64,000 bases of DNA from Macrostomum lignano (Eukaryota), in contig NIVC01002743.1 of assembly GCA_002269645.1 (NCBI GenBank), positions 27,062-91,061 of the forward strand, given 5' to 3'. Each line of letters starts with the position of its first letter. Position 1 is the stretch's first letter. Both the position numbers and the translations under genes were made by a program. The notes beneath the pieces are model-generated. The model was given only the letters and a program-made list of their open reading frames with translations, did no database searches and was not told where the DNA came from. Shown in pieces: positions 44,727 to 57,141 of this stretch.

Positions 44727-47268
44727 TCAGCCGCCGTACCGGTTCAGCATATCGCAGTGCGGAGTAGTCAGCTTGGACGCGATAGCATAAGCTTCTTTGT
44801 CGTGGTAATATTTTGCCCGGAATTGCATGGACTCCTCTGGAAGCAGAAAAGACACAAACGATAGTTGTCTAGTCGGTAGCTAGCTAGCTTTGCAATAATC
44901 TGTTATAATCATCAACAAAAAGGCAGAACAAAGGCTAAGAGGACTTACTGTAGCTGCGCTCCCTGTAGCACTTGACTCGCAATGTGTGAAAAAAGTCGTC
45001 TTCGATCTCGGCCTCCAGTTGGCCCAGATTGCCAGTGAATTCCGAGTGAAAATTCGGCTTCACATAGTAAGGCACCTTGCTGTGCCGAGTGTGCCGCACG
45101 TCCGAGTAGGCGCTGCGGGATTGACAGGTGCGAGCTCAAGAGTTAAATCCCTGCTCATGCTTACACTAAGGGATCTGGGGCAGGGAAGCCTGAAGGATCG
45201 GAGGGAGGGCAGCCTGAAGGATCGGGGGAAGGCAACCTGAAGGATCGGGGGTAGGCAACCTGAAGGATCGGGGGTAGGCAACCTGAAGGATCGGGGGAAG
45301 GCAACCTGAAGGATCGGGGGTAGGCAACCTGAAGGATCGGGGGTAGGCAACCTGAAGGATCGGGGGAAGGCAACCTGAAGGATCGGGGGTAGGCAACCTG
45401 AAGGATCGGGGGAGGCCGGGAGGGCAACCGGAGGGATCAGGGGAGGACACCCTGAAGGATCGGGAGAGGGCACCCTGAAGGATCAGGGGGAGGACACCCT
45501 GAAGGATTGGGGAGGACACCCTGAAGGATCAGGGGGAGGACACCCTGAAGGATCAGGGGAGGATACCCTGAAGGATCAGGGGGAGGACGCCCTGAAGGAT
45601 CGGGGGAGGACACCCTGAAGGATCAGGGGAGGACACCCTGAAGGATCAGGGGGAGGACGCCCTGAAGGATCAGGGGGAGGACGCCCTGAAGGATCAGGGG
45701 GAGGACACCATGAAGGATCAGGGGAGGACACCCTAAAGGATCAGGGGGAGGACACCCTAAAGGATCAGGGGAGGACACCCTGAAGGATCAGGGGGAGGAC
45801 GCCCTGAAGGATCAGGGGGAGGACACCCTGAAGGATCAGGGGAGGACACTGAAGGATCAGGGGGAGGACGCCCTGAAGGATCGGGGGAAGGCAACCTGAA
45901 AGCAGCAAAGCAGAAGACTTACTTGTTAGCGGACAGGCTGTACCAGGGGTCGCGGTGCATGAGGCCGGACAGCACGGACATGAGCATGAGCAGGAAGATG
46001 GGTGCAAACTGCAGCAGCATTGAATAAACATTGCGACCGGCCGCTTCGCCAGCCTGGCCGCCGTCGTGCCGGTGATGCCGCCGGGCCCGCCGCTGCCGCA
46101 TCTCGTAGGTCGGAAAGCCGCCGCCGAAGAACATGTTGAAAATTTCTTCTGGCGACACGTCGGCCTCGAATCCGCGCGAATAATCGTCGTAATAGTAGCC
46201 TCTGCCGTTGCTATGACGACGCGTTGCCTGCTGCTCCTCTTCTGAGCCGTACATATCGTAGCGCTGCCGCTTGGCGGGGTCGGCCAGGACGCTATAGGCG
46301 TTTCCAATTGCCTTAAATGCTTCCTGGGCGCCGGGCGCCTTATTCTTATCCGGGTGAAACTTCAGCGCCAGCTTTCGATACGATCGCTTCAGATCGTCAT
46401 CTGTGGCGTCCTTGGCAACGCCCAGGATCTCGTAGTAGTCTTTGGCCTGGCAGGGCATGCAGGAAACATTATTCAGTACATAGTAAATTAGGGAGTTCGT
46501 TTGCGCTCTACAACTACCGCAAGTTCTCGAGCACATTTCTCAAGCATTACAGACATTTCTCAAGCATGACAGACATTTCTCCAGCATGACAGACATTTCT
46601 CAAGCATGACAGACATTTCTCAAGCAACACATACATTTTTCAATTATGGAAGACATTTCTCAAGCATGACAGACATTTCTCAAGCATGACAGACATTTCT
46701 CAAGCATGACAGACATTTCTCAAGCAACACATACATTTTTCAATTATGGAAGACATTTCTCAAGCATGACAGACATTTCTCAAGCAACACATACATTTTT
46801 CAATTATGGAAGACATTTCTCAAGCATGACAGACATTTCTCAAGCATGACAGACATTTCCTTAAGCATGACAGACATTTCCCAAGCATCGCAGACATTTC
46901 TCCAGGCCCGGAGGCTCTGCTCAATAAACGTCTCAAATCACCTTGCGGATCCGCGCCACCCCGCTGGCCTGCTCCTCAGTAAACTGCCGCTCAGGATGGC
47001 CGCTGCCGCTGCTGGTCCGGCGTCTTCGGGCACCTCCATCGTCGTCCTGCGCATTCGACTGTCGCCCTCCCTGTCCACCGTGCGAGCCGCTGTTGCTAAG
47101 CAACTGTTCCAACAGACGCTTGGCCTCCGGACAGCCGTCGACAGCGTCTAAACGGCAGGCTTTGCGCAGCAGCCGCTCTGCTTTTTCCGCGTCACCAGAA
47201 GCCAGCGCGGTCTTGGCGATGCCCAGACAGCGAAGGCTCTCCTCCCGGTTGGCGCTGGTGTCGGCCAT
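44727..47268 (-). CDS. DNAJB12: DnaJ homolog subfamily B member 12/14 (ER J-protein: J domain, TM segment, DUF1977)
   Basis: Four exons: 47268-46942, 46446-45923, 45112-44949 and 44836-44727. All have GT-AG boundaries and consistent phases, giving 374 aa. The J domain DYYEILGV...HPDKN is followed by [20 protein letters not shown], a TM segment, and DUF1977-like VPYYVKPNF...[16 protein letters not shown]...TPHC. Confidence 0.92.
45180..45900. repeat. 23-24-bp minisatellite CCCTGAAGGATCAGGGGGAGGACA in DNAJB12 intron 2
   Basis: Tandem copies in two subtypes. Confidence 0.93.
46525..46905. repeat. 20-bp minisatellite CAGACATTTCTCAAGCATGA in DNAJB12 intron 1
   Basis: Tandem copies. Confidence 0.93.
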
Positions 47269-47454
47269 GGCTCGATGAAGACAGCTGGTGCCGGCTCTGC
47301 TGCTTCTGCTCTACTGCTTTGTTTGTTTTGCTTGCTTCTCTTCTAGTCTTCTCTACCGATCTGAGCTAAAACCAGTTTGCCTCACCTTTCGAATGGCTAA
47401 GTGCATGCATATTATGGCAGTTAGTACTGTATAGGTAATGTTTTAGGACATGAA

Positions 47455-48600
47455 ATATGATAGCAGCACCCAATGCACACCTATGATAGCAGCACCCAAT
47501 GCACACCTATGATAGCAGCACCCAATGCAGCACCTATGATAGCAGCACCCAATGCAGCACCTATGATAGCAGCACCCAATGCAGCACCTATGATAGCAGC
47601 ACCCAATGCAGCACCTATGATAGCAGCACCCAATGCAGCACCTATGATAGCAGCACCTATGATAGCAGCACCTATGATAGCAGCACCTATGATAGCAGCA
47701 CCCAATGCACACCTATGATAGCAACACCCAATGCAGCACCTATGATAGCAGCACCCAATGCAGCACCCAATGCAGCACCTATGATAGCAGCACCCAATGC
47801 ACACCTATGATAGCAACACCCAATGCAGCACCTATGATAGCAGCACCCAATGCAGCACCTATGATAGCAGCACCCAATGCAGCACCTATGATAGCAGCAC
47901 CCAATGCAGCACCTATGATAGCAGCACCCAATGCAGCACCTATGATAGCAACACCCAATGCAGCACCTATGATAGCAGCACCCAATGCAGCACCTATGAT
48001 AGCAACACCCAATGCAGCACCTATGATAGCAGCACCCAATGCAGCACCTATGATAGCAACACCCAATGCACACCTATGATAGCAACACCCAATGCACACC
48101 TATGATAGCAACACCCAATGCACACCTATGATAGCTACACCCAATGCAGCACCTATGATAGCAGCACCCAATGCAGCACCTATGATAGCAACACCCAATG
48201 CAGCACCTATGATAGCAGCACCCAATGCAGCACCTATGATAGCAACACCCAATGCACACCTATGATAGCAACACCCAATGCAGCACCTATGATAGCAGCA
48301 CCCAATGCAGCACCTATGATAGCAACACCCAATGCAGCACCTATGATAGCAGCACCCAATGCAGCACCTATGATAGCAACACCCAATGCAGCACCTATGA
48401 TAGCAGCACCCAATGCAGCACCTATGATAGCAACACCCAATGCAGCACCTATGATAGCAGCACCCAATGCACACCTATGATAGCAGCACCCAATGCACAC
48501 CTATGATAGCAGCACCCAATGCACACCTATGATAGCAGCACCTATGATAGCAGCACCCAATGCAGCACCTATGATAGCAGCACCCGATGCAGCACCTATT
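47455..48600. repeat. 27-bp minisatellite ATGATAGCAGCACCCAATGCAGCACCT between MTG1 and DNAJB12
   Basis: About 45 tandem units, some shortened. Confidence 0.95.
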
Positions 48601-48836
48601 ACAAAACATGTGAGATAGGCTAATGAGCAAAAATTAGAAAAAAGAGTAACAAGCTACAGACGAGAATGGATGCCAAAAGAGAACATCTCTAATCACTCGG
48701 AGTGTTTATTACTTATTACTGTTTATTAAAGTGCTATTCTACAAGCGGCTTTTCTCACTTATAAGATTATCAGATCGCATACAAAGGGTAATTAATGAAT
48801 AAAATGCATCTTTAAGCGTCTTTTAAATCCAAGCAA

Positions 48837-51800
48837 TCAAGGGTGCAACTTGGCCGCTGCGCCCTTGGAATAGGCGAATGGCAATGGCGGATCGGCCGGA
48901 AGGTCGGACGGCAGCTGGTCGAGCACCAGCCGGCCAAGCAGGCCCTGGTTGAAGTGGCGCAGGAGGGCCTGCGCTCCGGCTACCAGGTTGGGCCCGTGCA
49001 CCAGCTGGCCGGTGTGAAAGTTGCGGTGCGCCTGCACCAGGCGGTGCTTCCGGCAGATGCCTGGGGGTTTGGGATGGATGACTCTGTCTATATTGGAGGC
49101 CGGAACTGCAGCTGCGAACTGGAAATCTCACTACTTGAATCTCACCGCAATCCGTTAAAATTAATATTAACCTGACTGGGAATCTCACCTATGCAGATAG
49201 CAATCAGTATGGAAATCTCACCTATGCAGATAGCAATCAGTATGGAAATCTCACCTATGCAGATAGCAATCAGTATGGAAATCTCACCTATGCAGATAGC
49301 AATCAGTATGGAAATCTCACCTATGCAGATAGCAATCAGTATGGAAATCTCACCTATGCAGATAGCAATCAGTATGGAAATCTCACCTATGCAGATAGCA
49401 GTCAGTATGGAAATCTCACCTATGCAGATAGCAATCAGTATGGAAATCTCACCTATGCAGATAGTAATTAGACTGGAAATCTCACCTATGCAGATAGCAA
49501 TCAGTATGGAAATCTCACCTATGCAGATAGCAATCAGTATGGAAATCTCACCTATGCAGATAGTAATCAGTATGGAAATCTCACCTATGCAGATAGCAAT
49601 CAGTATGGAAATCTCACCTATGCAGATAGCAATCAGTATGGAAATCTCACCTATGCAGATAGCAATCAGTATGGATATCTCACCTATGCAGATATCTCTC
49701 ACCCTGCGATCAAAGCAATTAAATAAGCGCCAACCAACCTGCCAGCAGGTCCCGCACATCGGTGACCGGGCCCTCCAGATCGTACAGCTTAACATAGCTT
49801 CTCTCGCCTCGAACGTTGAGCAGGTGCAACAGGTAGTCGGCGATAACCTGCGAGTCGATCTGGTTGAGATCCATGCAGCCGCAGGCGCCCAATTTCAGCA
49901 TGTTGCCAATGTCGTCTTTGAACTCGGGATCAAGGATGCCTGGCGAGTCCAGTACGTATACAGGGGGGTCCTGGCACACCTGCGTTATTAAAAATTGTTA
50001 GATATTTTGTACTAATTAGGCTAATGCAGAAGGATGCTTTCAATTCGAGACTGGATATTGAGACTTACAATGCCGACTTTCACTGTATTATCTATATTAA
50101 GGGTGAGATTCCCATCCTACATACCCTCCCAAGTGTGAGACTCCCATCCTACATACCCTCCCAAGTGTGAGACTCCCATCCTACATACCATCCCAAGTGT
50201 GAGACTCCCATCCTACATACCATCCCAAGTGTAAGACTCCCATCCTACATACTCTCCCAAGTGTAAGACTCCCATCCTACATACCATCCCAAGTGTAAGA
50301 CTCCCATCCTACATACTCTCCCAAGTGTGAGACTCCCATCCTACATACCATCCCAAGTGTGAGACTCCCATCCTACATACCATCCCAAGTGTGAGACTCC
50401 CATCCTACATACCCTCCCAAGTGTGAGACTCCCATCCTACATACCATCCCAAGTGTGAGACTCCCATCCTACATACCCTCCCAAGTGTGAGACTCCCATC
50501 CTACATACCCTCCCAAGTGTGAGACTCCCATCCTACATACCATCCCAAGTGTGAGACTCCCATCCTACATACCCTCCCAAGTGTGAGACTCCCATCCTAC
50601 ATACCCTCCCAAGTGTGAGACTCCCATCCTACATACCATCCCAAGTGTGAGACTCCCATCCTACATACTCTCCCAAGTGTGAGACTCCCATCCTACATAC
50701 CATCCCAAGTGTGAGACTCCCATCCTACATACCCTCCCAAGTGAGACTCCCATCCTACATACCCTCCCAAGTGTGAGACTCCCATCCTACATACCCTCCC
50801 AAGTGAGACTCCCATCCTACATACCATCCCAAGTGTGAGACTCCCATCCTACATACCATCCCAAGTGTGAGACTCCCATCCTACATACCATCCCAAGTGT
50901 GAGACTCCCATCCTACATACCATCCCAAGTGTGAGACTCCCATCCTACATACCCTCCCAAGTGAGACTCCCATCCTACATACCCTCCCAAGTGTGAGACT
51001 CCCATCCTACATACCCTCCCAAGTGTGAGACTCCCATCCTACATACCACACTACAGGCGGGATTTCCTGTCTGCTCAATGAAGCCCACCATAGCAACGCA
51101 CCAGTATCCGTTCTCCAACAACCCGAGTCACGCCGGCCAGTTTGCCAACCCTGGCGGCGGCCTTCTTGCCGGAGTGATAGGTGCGCAGTGCATTAATTAG
51201 GGAACTCTTGCCAACATTTGGCACGCCGGCAATCATGATGTTGAATTCGCGCTTGTCTGGCCTGAACTGCGAGGCCAATTGAAGCAGGCCGGACATCAGG
51301 CTGGTCAGGGTGCGGCCCTGTGAAGGGAGGGATGTAGGGAAGGAGACTAAAGCTGGCAGAATAGTGAATCCTTATCATAACTAAAACGGCCTTTTTCAGG
51401 CTTATAAAATAAATTTATTATGTATTAATGTATTCCAAGTAGCAATGTTCGTGAAGTTTTTTCTATTATTTTAATAACCAAATAAATATTGCTGGAACCG
51501 CCTTAGGCACTTTTGATGGAACCCGATCAAGATTTATTAGTTAAAATCTAATATTTATCATTAGGGATACACAACACAAGCCAAGCTCAAACTATTGGAT
51601 TCATTCATCCGCTTCTTTGTGAAGATAATATTTACCACAATTTTCAGTCTCTTTGGTTGGGTGTCCCATATAAAGCGGAAACGGTCACAAAACATGAGTC
51701 ACAAATCACAATAAACAGTCACAAAACACGGTCACAATGAACAGTCACAAAGCACGCTTACGATTAACAGTCACAAAACACAGACTGGGTTTTTTAAAGG

Positions 51801-52896
51801 TTGGAAATCCAGTTGCCAATGGCTATTTTTGGTTGCCCATTGGCAACTAGCCAAATTCTTGAGGATAAATATTTCCAAGACACTAAATTTTGAGTAACAT
51901 GTACATATTATACTAACAATAACAATAACAAACTAACAATTCTATCATATCATATCAATTCATATGGCGCTTTTTTACACTTACAAAAACAATTTTTGAA
52001 ATTGGCAACTGGCACGGGGAAAATGAAGTTGCCAGATTGGCCTCTGATGCCTAAAATCCAGTTGCCAATGGCTTTTTTGGGTAGCCAGTGGCTACCGTAT
52101 GGCCTAAAAAAACCCAGGAACACAGATACAATTAGCAGTCACAAAACACGGTCACAGTGAACAGTAACAAAACACGGATACAATTAGCAGTCACAAAACA
52201 CGGTCACAGTGAACATTTACAACACACGGTCACAATGAACAGACACAAAACACGGATACAGTTAGCAGTCACAAAGCACAGTCACAGTGAACAGTCACAA
52301 AACACGGCCACAAAACAGTCACCTGCTGACTGGACATAAAAAACGTCACAAAGCACGGTCAAAACACGATAACAGGCTACAATCGTCGCAGGCCTAAATG
52401 ATGGCGAGTTTAGTTTTTATCGGTAATAAAAATTGACAAAGGCACAAAAATAAACGCATTCATATAGCAATGCACTACAGAATGCTGCACCAACCAGTTC
52501 AGCTGACGAAGTGCGCAGGCTGCAGTGAAACACACGACTGCTGGGACCCTCGCGCTCCTCCATAAACCGCTTCCAGGACGCTCGAGCGCTGGGCGCCACC
52601 AAGTCGGCCTTGTTCAGCACAAGGGCGTGCGGCCTGGCAGCCCGGCTGTCCTCAAACAGGCGAGCCCGACCAGTTATTGGGATGCGAGCGTCGTGTACTT
52701 CAACAAATGCATCGACCGCGGCCAGCTTCTGGTTGATGCGCTTCCGACCTTTGTGTATATGGCCAGGGTGCCACATTAGGCTTTCCTTGGACACCAGTCG
52801 CAGCTCATGGCGGTTTCTTGTCAAGCTTGATTGGGCGTCGGCACTGTTGCCATGGCAACACCGGAGACTGCGCCAATAGATGATGCGCTGCTGCAT
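48837..52896 (-). CDS. MTG1: Mitochondrial ribosome-associated GTPase 1 (RbgA/YlqF family circularly permuted GTPase)
   Basis: Four exons: 52896-52495, 51317-51102, 49979-49739 and 49060-48837. Phases are 0, 0 and 1, giving 360 aa. Motifs [19 protein letters not shown] (G4), [12 protein letters not shown] (G1), AGVT (G2), LDSPGI (G3) and C-terminal [12 protein letters not shown] occur in the G4-G1-G3 permuted order. Confidence 0.93.
49175..49695. repeat. 33-bp minisatellite TGGAAATCTCACCTATGCAGATAGCAATCAGTA in MTG1 intron 3
   Basis: About 15 copies. Confidence 0.95.
50105..51047. repeat. 32-bp minisatellite CCCATCCTACATACCATCCCAAGTGTGAGACT in MTG1 intron 2
   Basis: About 29 copies. Confidence 0.95.
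51685..52370. repeat. Degenerate CAGTCACAAAACACGG minisatellite in MTG1 intron 1, interrupted by the MITE
   Basis: The same motif occurs on both sides of 51785-52118. Confidence 0.8.
51785..52118. mobile_element. MITE-like non-autonomous DNA transposon (~334 bp) in MTG1 intron 1
   Basis: Terminal inverted repeats CTGGGTTTTTT / AAAAAACCCAG. The flanking direct repeat AACACAGA lies at 51777-51784 and 52119-52126 (the right end has one extra G). There is an internal direct repeat AAATCCAGTTGCCAATGGCT. The element interrupts a minisatellite. Confidence 0.65.
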
Positions 52897-54330
52897 TGGC
52901 AGCTTGTTGCAAACAGTGGCAGCCTTAAAAATCGTTAGAAACAATTTCAGATGAATGAGACCTTCCTTATAATATCATTATTATTGCACAAGGGCTGTGC
53001 TGTGGGCATACATGCGCAACTGCTGGCCGACCTGGCCGATCCGGCCACCGTAAATTGTGGTAGACGAAGTAGCGAAAATGCCCACCCCAAAGAACAGACG
53101 TGGTACTATACTAATTAGCTGACGAGGCACTTAGCCTTAATAAGCCAGCATAGTTACCCCTGCCGTTTACCCAAAATTGTATTAATCTTGCTCTAGGGTT
53201 TCTTTCACAAGTAAGTCGCATTTTTTGTCAAAAAGTAAGTCGCATGGTTTAACCTGTTCTTATAGTTTAACCCTCAAAAGGTTAAGCCACAATAACAGAA
53301 AAGGCTCTATAAGAAATACATGGCAATCTTTCCTTACTTTCCACTCCCCTAAAAATTCTAAGAAAATAACAAGGTACTGTGAGGTAATATTTATTTTAAA
53401 TAGTATTTTTCTTATAAAATTTATCTTTCAAGAAAAGTTAGGTCAGGATATAGTTCACTTTAAAAATATAATTAGCTTATTCTATAATAAATTTATTTAA
53501 ATAATTAGCCATATATTTAGTAAGGGACAGCTTTATTTCTAATAGTCACAATTTCTAATACTCTAATAATCTAAAATAATTTTAAATTGCTAAATTTCCA
53601 ATAATCTCAAATTTGCTATTAAAGTGGTGAATCTCATTTCCCATTTAAGGGGATTCTAATTTTCTTAAAGATAGTTATAAAATATAATAAAAGCTTAGTA
53701 ATTACAACAATATTAGAGGTCAACATGAAAATAAAATATTTTATAGTTAGTTCTAATTAAATTTATTTTAAAATCAGTAATTTTTTAGGAAAAATTATTA
53801 TAGGGCCTAACTTAACTTTTCTTTAAAAGATCATTTTAATTAGTTAAAAACATTTTTTAGAATTTATAAAAGGTACAAAAAGGATTTAAAAAATGGCCTA
53901 TCATGGGCCCATGAGACCCTAAGACTTTATTAAAGGGTTAAACATTTTATTTAATTGTTTTTATTTAATAATCAAATTAATAATAGTCCTAATTTTTATA
54001 AATTATATACTACTCTTACTTACAATTATTAATAGGCATATATCATCTATTAGAAATAAAGGTTTATTAAGTTTAAGATATAATAATAAATATAATTTTA
54101 ACAATTTAAAAATATTTAAATGGAAAGCTTACTCAATCTTAACAATATCCTTTTAATAATATTAATATTTAATATATGCTAATATTTAAATTTATGCTAG
54201 ATGGCTAGCTAAGTCAAGATTAAAAATAAGAATAAAATGCACAAAACTTTTGTAGCCAACAAAGAACAAGCTTGAATTATATGATAGTGATAAATACAAA
54301 TAAAAATTGATTAGAAAGATGCATACCAGG

Positions 54331-54735
54331 GTAGAATTTAGGGGTCGGACGTGATCACGATTGTGATCACGATTTCATGAATTCACGACCATTTTTTTCA
54401 CGATCGTGATTTCCTTGAAACCCGTTCATGATCCCAGTCATGAATTTCTGCTTTATTACATTTTTATTAGAAGTATAACTTTTCTACTTGGTTTACCAAA
54501 ATATGTGAATACAAATGTGTAAAAGAGTAATAAATTTTAAATTTGTTGACTTGACAGCATTACTGAGTAGCTATTATCAATTTATAAATATTTCTTTTCT
54601 TGTTTTGTTATTTTCAACACTTGTAACTTACGAGCTCAAAATATGTGTATGCAAATATAAATTTACGATCACAATCACAATCACGCCCGACTTTGAAAAT
54701 TTCATGAAATTTCACGCCCGACTAAAATTTTCTGC
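54331..54735. mobile_element. Degenerate MITE-like element
   Basis: The left end GTAGAATTTAGGGGTCGGACGTGATCACGATTGTGATC is imperfectly inverted to the right-end ATCACAATCACGCCCGAC and TTTCACGCCCGACTAAAATTTTCTGC. No TSD identified. Confidence 0.4.
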
Positions 54736-56412
54736 TCATTTGACCTCTAGGCCTAGTAGAATTCATCCCAAAAAACAAATAAATGTTTTTTGCAAAAAGT
54801 AAAAAATTGAATGTATATTGCTATTGGTGCAAGTCTTCATTCAAAATATAAAATATTGTGAGGTACTAAAGCCCTAAGGGCAACTTATCCATTACCTAAA
54901 AGGCTAATAGATAAGCAAAACTATCTATTTCTTAGACTCTTTAGAAAGGGGACCACATTGTAAATATTGGCACCACTAGATCTACCTGAAAGACTGCAGC
55001 ACTAGTTGCCTATGGTTGCCAGGGCTTAATGAAATAGATAGCAACACCTCCTTGCTATATCCAGATGTATGTATGGAGCAACTTGCAGGCTACAGCTTAG
55101 TCAAGTAAATCAAAGCCCTGAATGTGAATGAGCTTTAATAAATTTATAATGACACCAGGCACTAGTATTTCTATTGCTACATTTAAATTCAACAATATCC
55201 ATGCCCTTCTAGCAAAAAAATCTATTGTTTTGTGCACTTTTCTTGGTCAAATTTTTTGTTTTGCATGCTTGATGATATATTATATATAAAGTAGGCTTAC
55301 ATGAATACCTAGGCCTACTAGTGGTAGTGCAGAGCAGAATTAGAAATTATGCACATATCTCTTTATAGGCCTAGTTTTTGACAAAATTACAAAATTACTT
55401 TTTGATGAAAAGGCTTTTGACAAAATGTCTAGTTACTAATTAGGCCTACTAAAAGTATATGACATATATGATTTATATTATGGTACATGTACATGCAATG
55501 TGTAGGCCCTATTATCCAAAGGAAAATTAAAAAATCAAACTTGATAGGGGCATGTGCCTGTGCATCTCCCCCCTAAAACTGCTATTGAATAATGAAAGGT
55601 CCTAGGCCTACTTTTTGTTACAATAGCAATAAACAATGTGAAAAATCGTATGTTTCTCTCTTAAAAATAATGAAATTTGCTAGACTGTTTTTAAAACAAA
55701 TGAACACAACAATGTGCTTAACTCAAAGTAGACCTACCTAGTCTAGTCATGCTCTAATAAGTACTGTTTAATGTTATAGTATAGGCTAGCCTGGGCTGCC
55801 TGGTGGTAGTAGTTACTAACTATTTTTTCAGGCCTAAAGCTGGAGTTAACGACTGATCTGGATTTCTGCTTTCCAAGAAATGCGTTTTTTTATATCACAT
55901 CATGCCCGAACTTCAGCTTATACTTAATGATTCTACATGAACGAGTTCTCAGATTCTCTTAATCACTGATTCTGTTCAAGGATTGTGTACATTGGCTAGT
56001 TAAATCCATTTAAAGATAATTTGTCCAATAATTTTTAAAGTGTAACGGAATGAATACGACTGCACAAAGTAACAAATGATACATTTTAGAGTCCGCTTTA
56101 ATCTTTTAGAGTTAAAGTAAGATACTCAAAGTATTTTTAAGAATTTTTTTACCATACACTGTTTTCAAAATGTAAAACTAAACTCACAATGGTTGCATTA
56201 GATTCACATGCTTCAAAAATCTTTTTTTTCTGCCATTTAAATTTTGCGGGAAGACATCAATTACAAGAATTTCGATACTACCAGAGACCACCAGTTTCAG
56301 TGTGAGTGTGATGTGTCTACGTCTACGTGTACCAGAGACCGTTATCATTAGCTGATCCAGTTTAATATCATAACTTCAAAAATTGTGGTAATTTGAAACT
56401 ATACCTAAGATC

Positions 56413-57141
56413 ATGGCGCGCAAGCATGTCGACGTATCTGATCCACAAAAGACTGCGCTGTCAGTAAAGAGAAATCGGGGTGGTGGATCAAGCTGCTACG
56501 AAACATCGCATTGCAAGAGAGATTCGGAGCCGATATCTTATGCTCAGAGAAAAATCACAGATGAAAGTATTGATCTCGACTCTGCCTCTACTCCACTTCA
56601 ATTAGTGACAGTGAAGCCGAAACTCGAACCACAAATTTCCGTTTTGTCCACTGACAGCGGATTTCTGCCCAGAGATATCCAGGACTCCTCATTTGTAGAA
56701 GACGTGATGGAGGAACTAAACAGCCAAGGCATCAGTCATTCTGATATTATTTGCTGTCATGGTTGCCATGCAGGCACTCAAGAAAGACCACTTAAGCTTC
56801 CTGGCCTTGCAGTATCAAACGGAACACCAGAAACAGCCTGCCAAAAGAAGTCGAGAGAAGCGTGCCAGCGGGATCTCGACGGTCCTTCCTGCAAGAAGGT
56901 GTTCACGCAGAAAGCTTTGGAAGGTCAGGCTGAAGTGAAAAACGAAAAGCGCATTAAGAACAACGCAGCTTCGAGAAAGTCCAGAGCAAGTCGGAAGATG
57001 AATACTTTGGTAAAGGAGCAGGAAATTGCAGCTCTTCAAGCAGACAATCAAAGGTTGGCGATCGTTCTCGAAGACTTCACTTCTATAGCCGCAGCCTGCA
57101 AGCAGTGGATTGTGCGAAACATGGAAACTCCAGACACTTAA
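56413..57141 (+). CDS. Intronless bZIP transcription factor (PAR/C-EBP-like basic region)
   Basis: 242-aa ORF. The C-terminal KRIKNNAASRKSRASRK basic region has the invariant N-x7-R, followed by the heptad coiled coil KEQEIAALQADNQRLAIVLEDF. AATAAA lies at 57651-57656. Confidence 0.8.
   Translation: MARKHVDVSDPQKTALSVKRNRGGGSSCYETSHCKRDSEPISYAQRKITDESIDLDSASTPLQLVTVKPKLEPQISVLSTDSGFLPRDIQDSSFVEDVMEELNSQGISHSDIICCHGCHAGTQERPLKLPGLAVSNGTPETACQKKSREACQRDLDGPSCKKVFTQKALEGQAEVKNEKRIKNNAASRKSRASRKMNTLVKEQEIAALQADNQRLAIVLEDFTSIAAACKQWIVRNMETPDT

Noticed and set aside
52502-52535. CTGACGA...GAAA hammerhead-like spacing (also CTGACGAGGC at ~53120 and CTGATGA at ~60297)
   Set aside because: Stem II, stem I or the GAAA/NUH elements are missing. 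The first lies antisense within MTG1 coding sequence.
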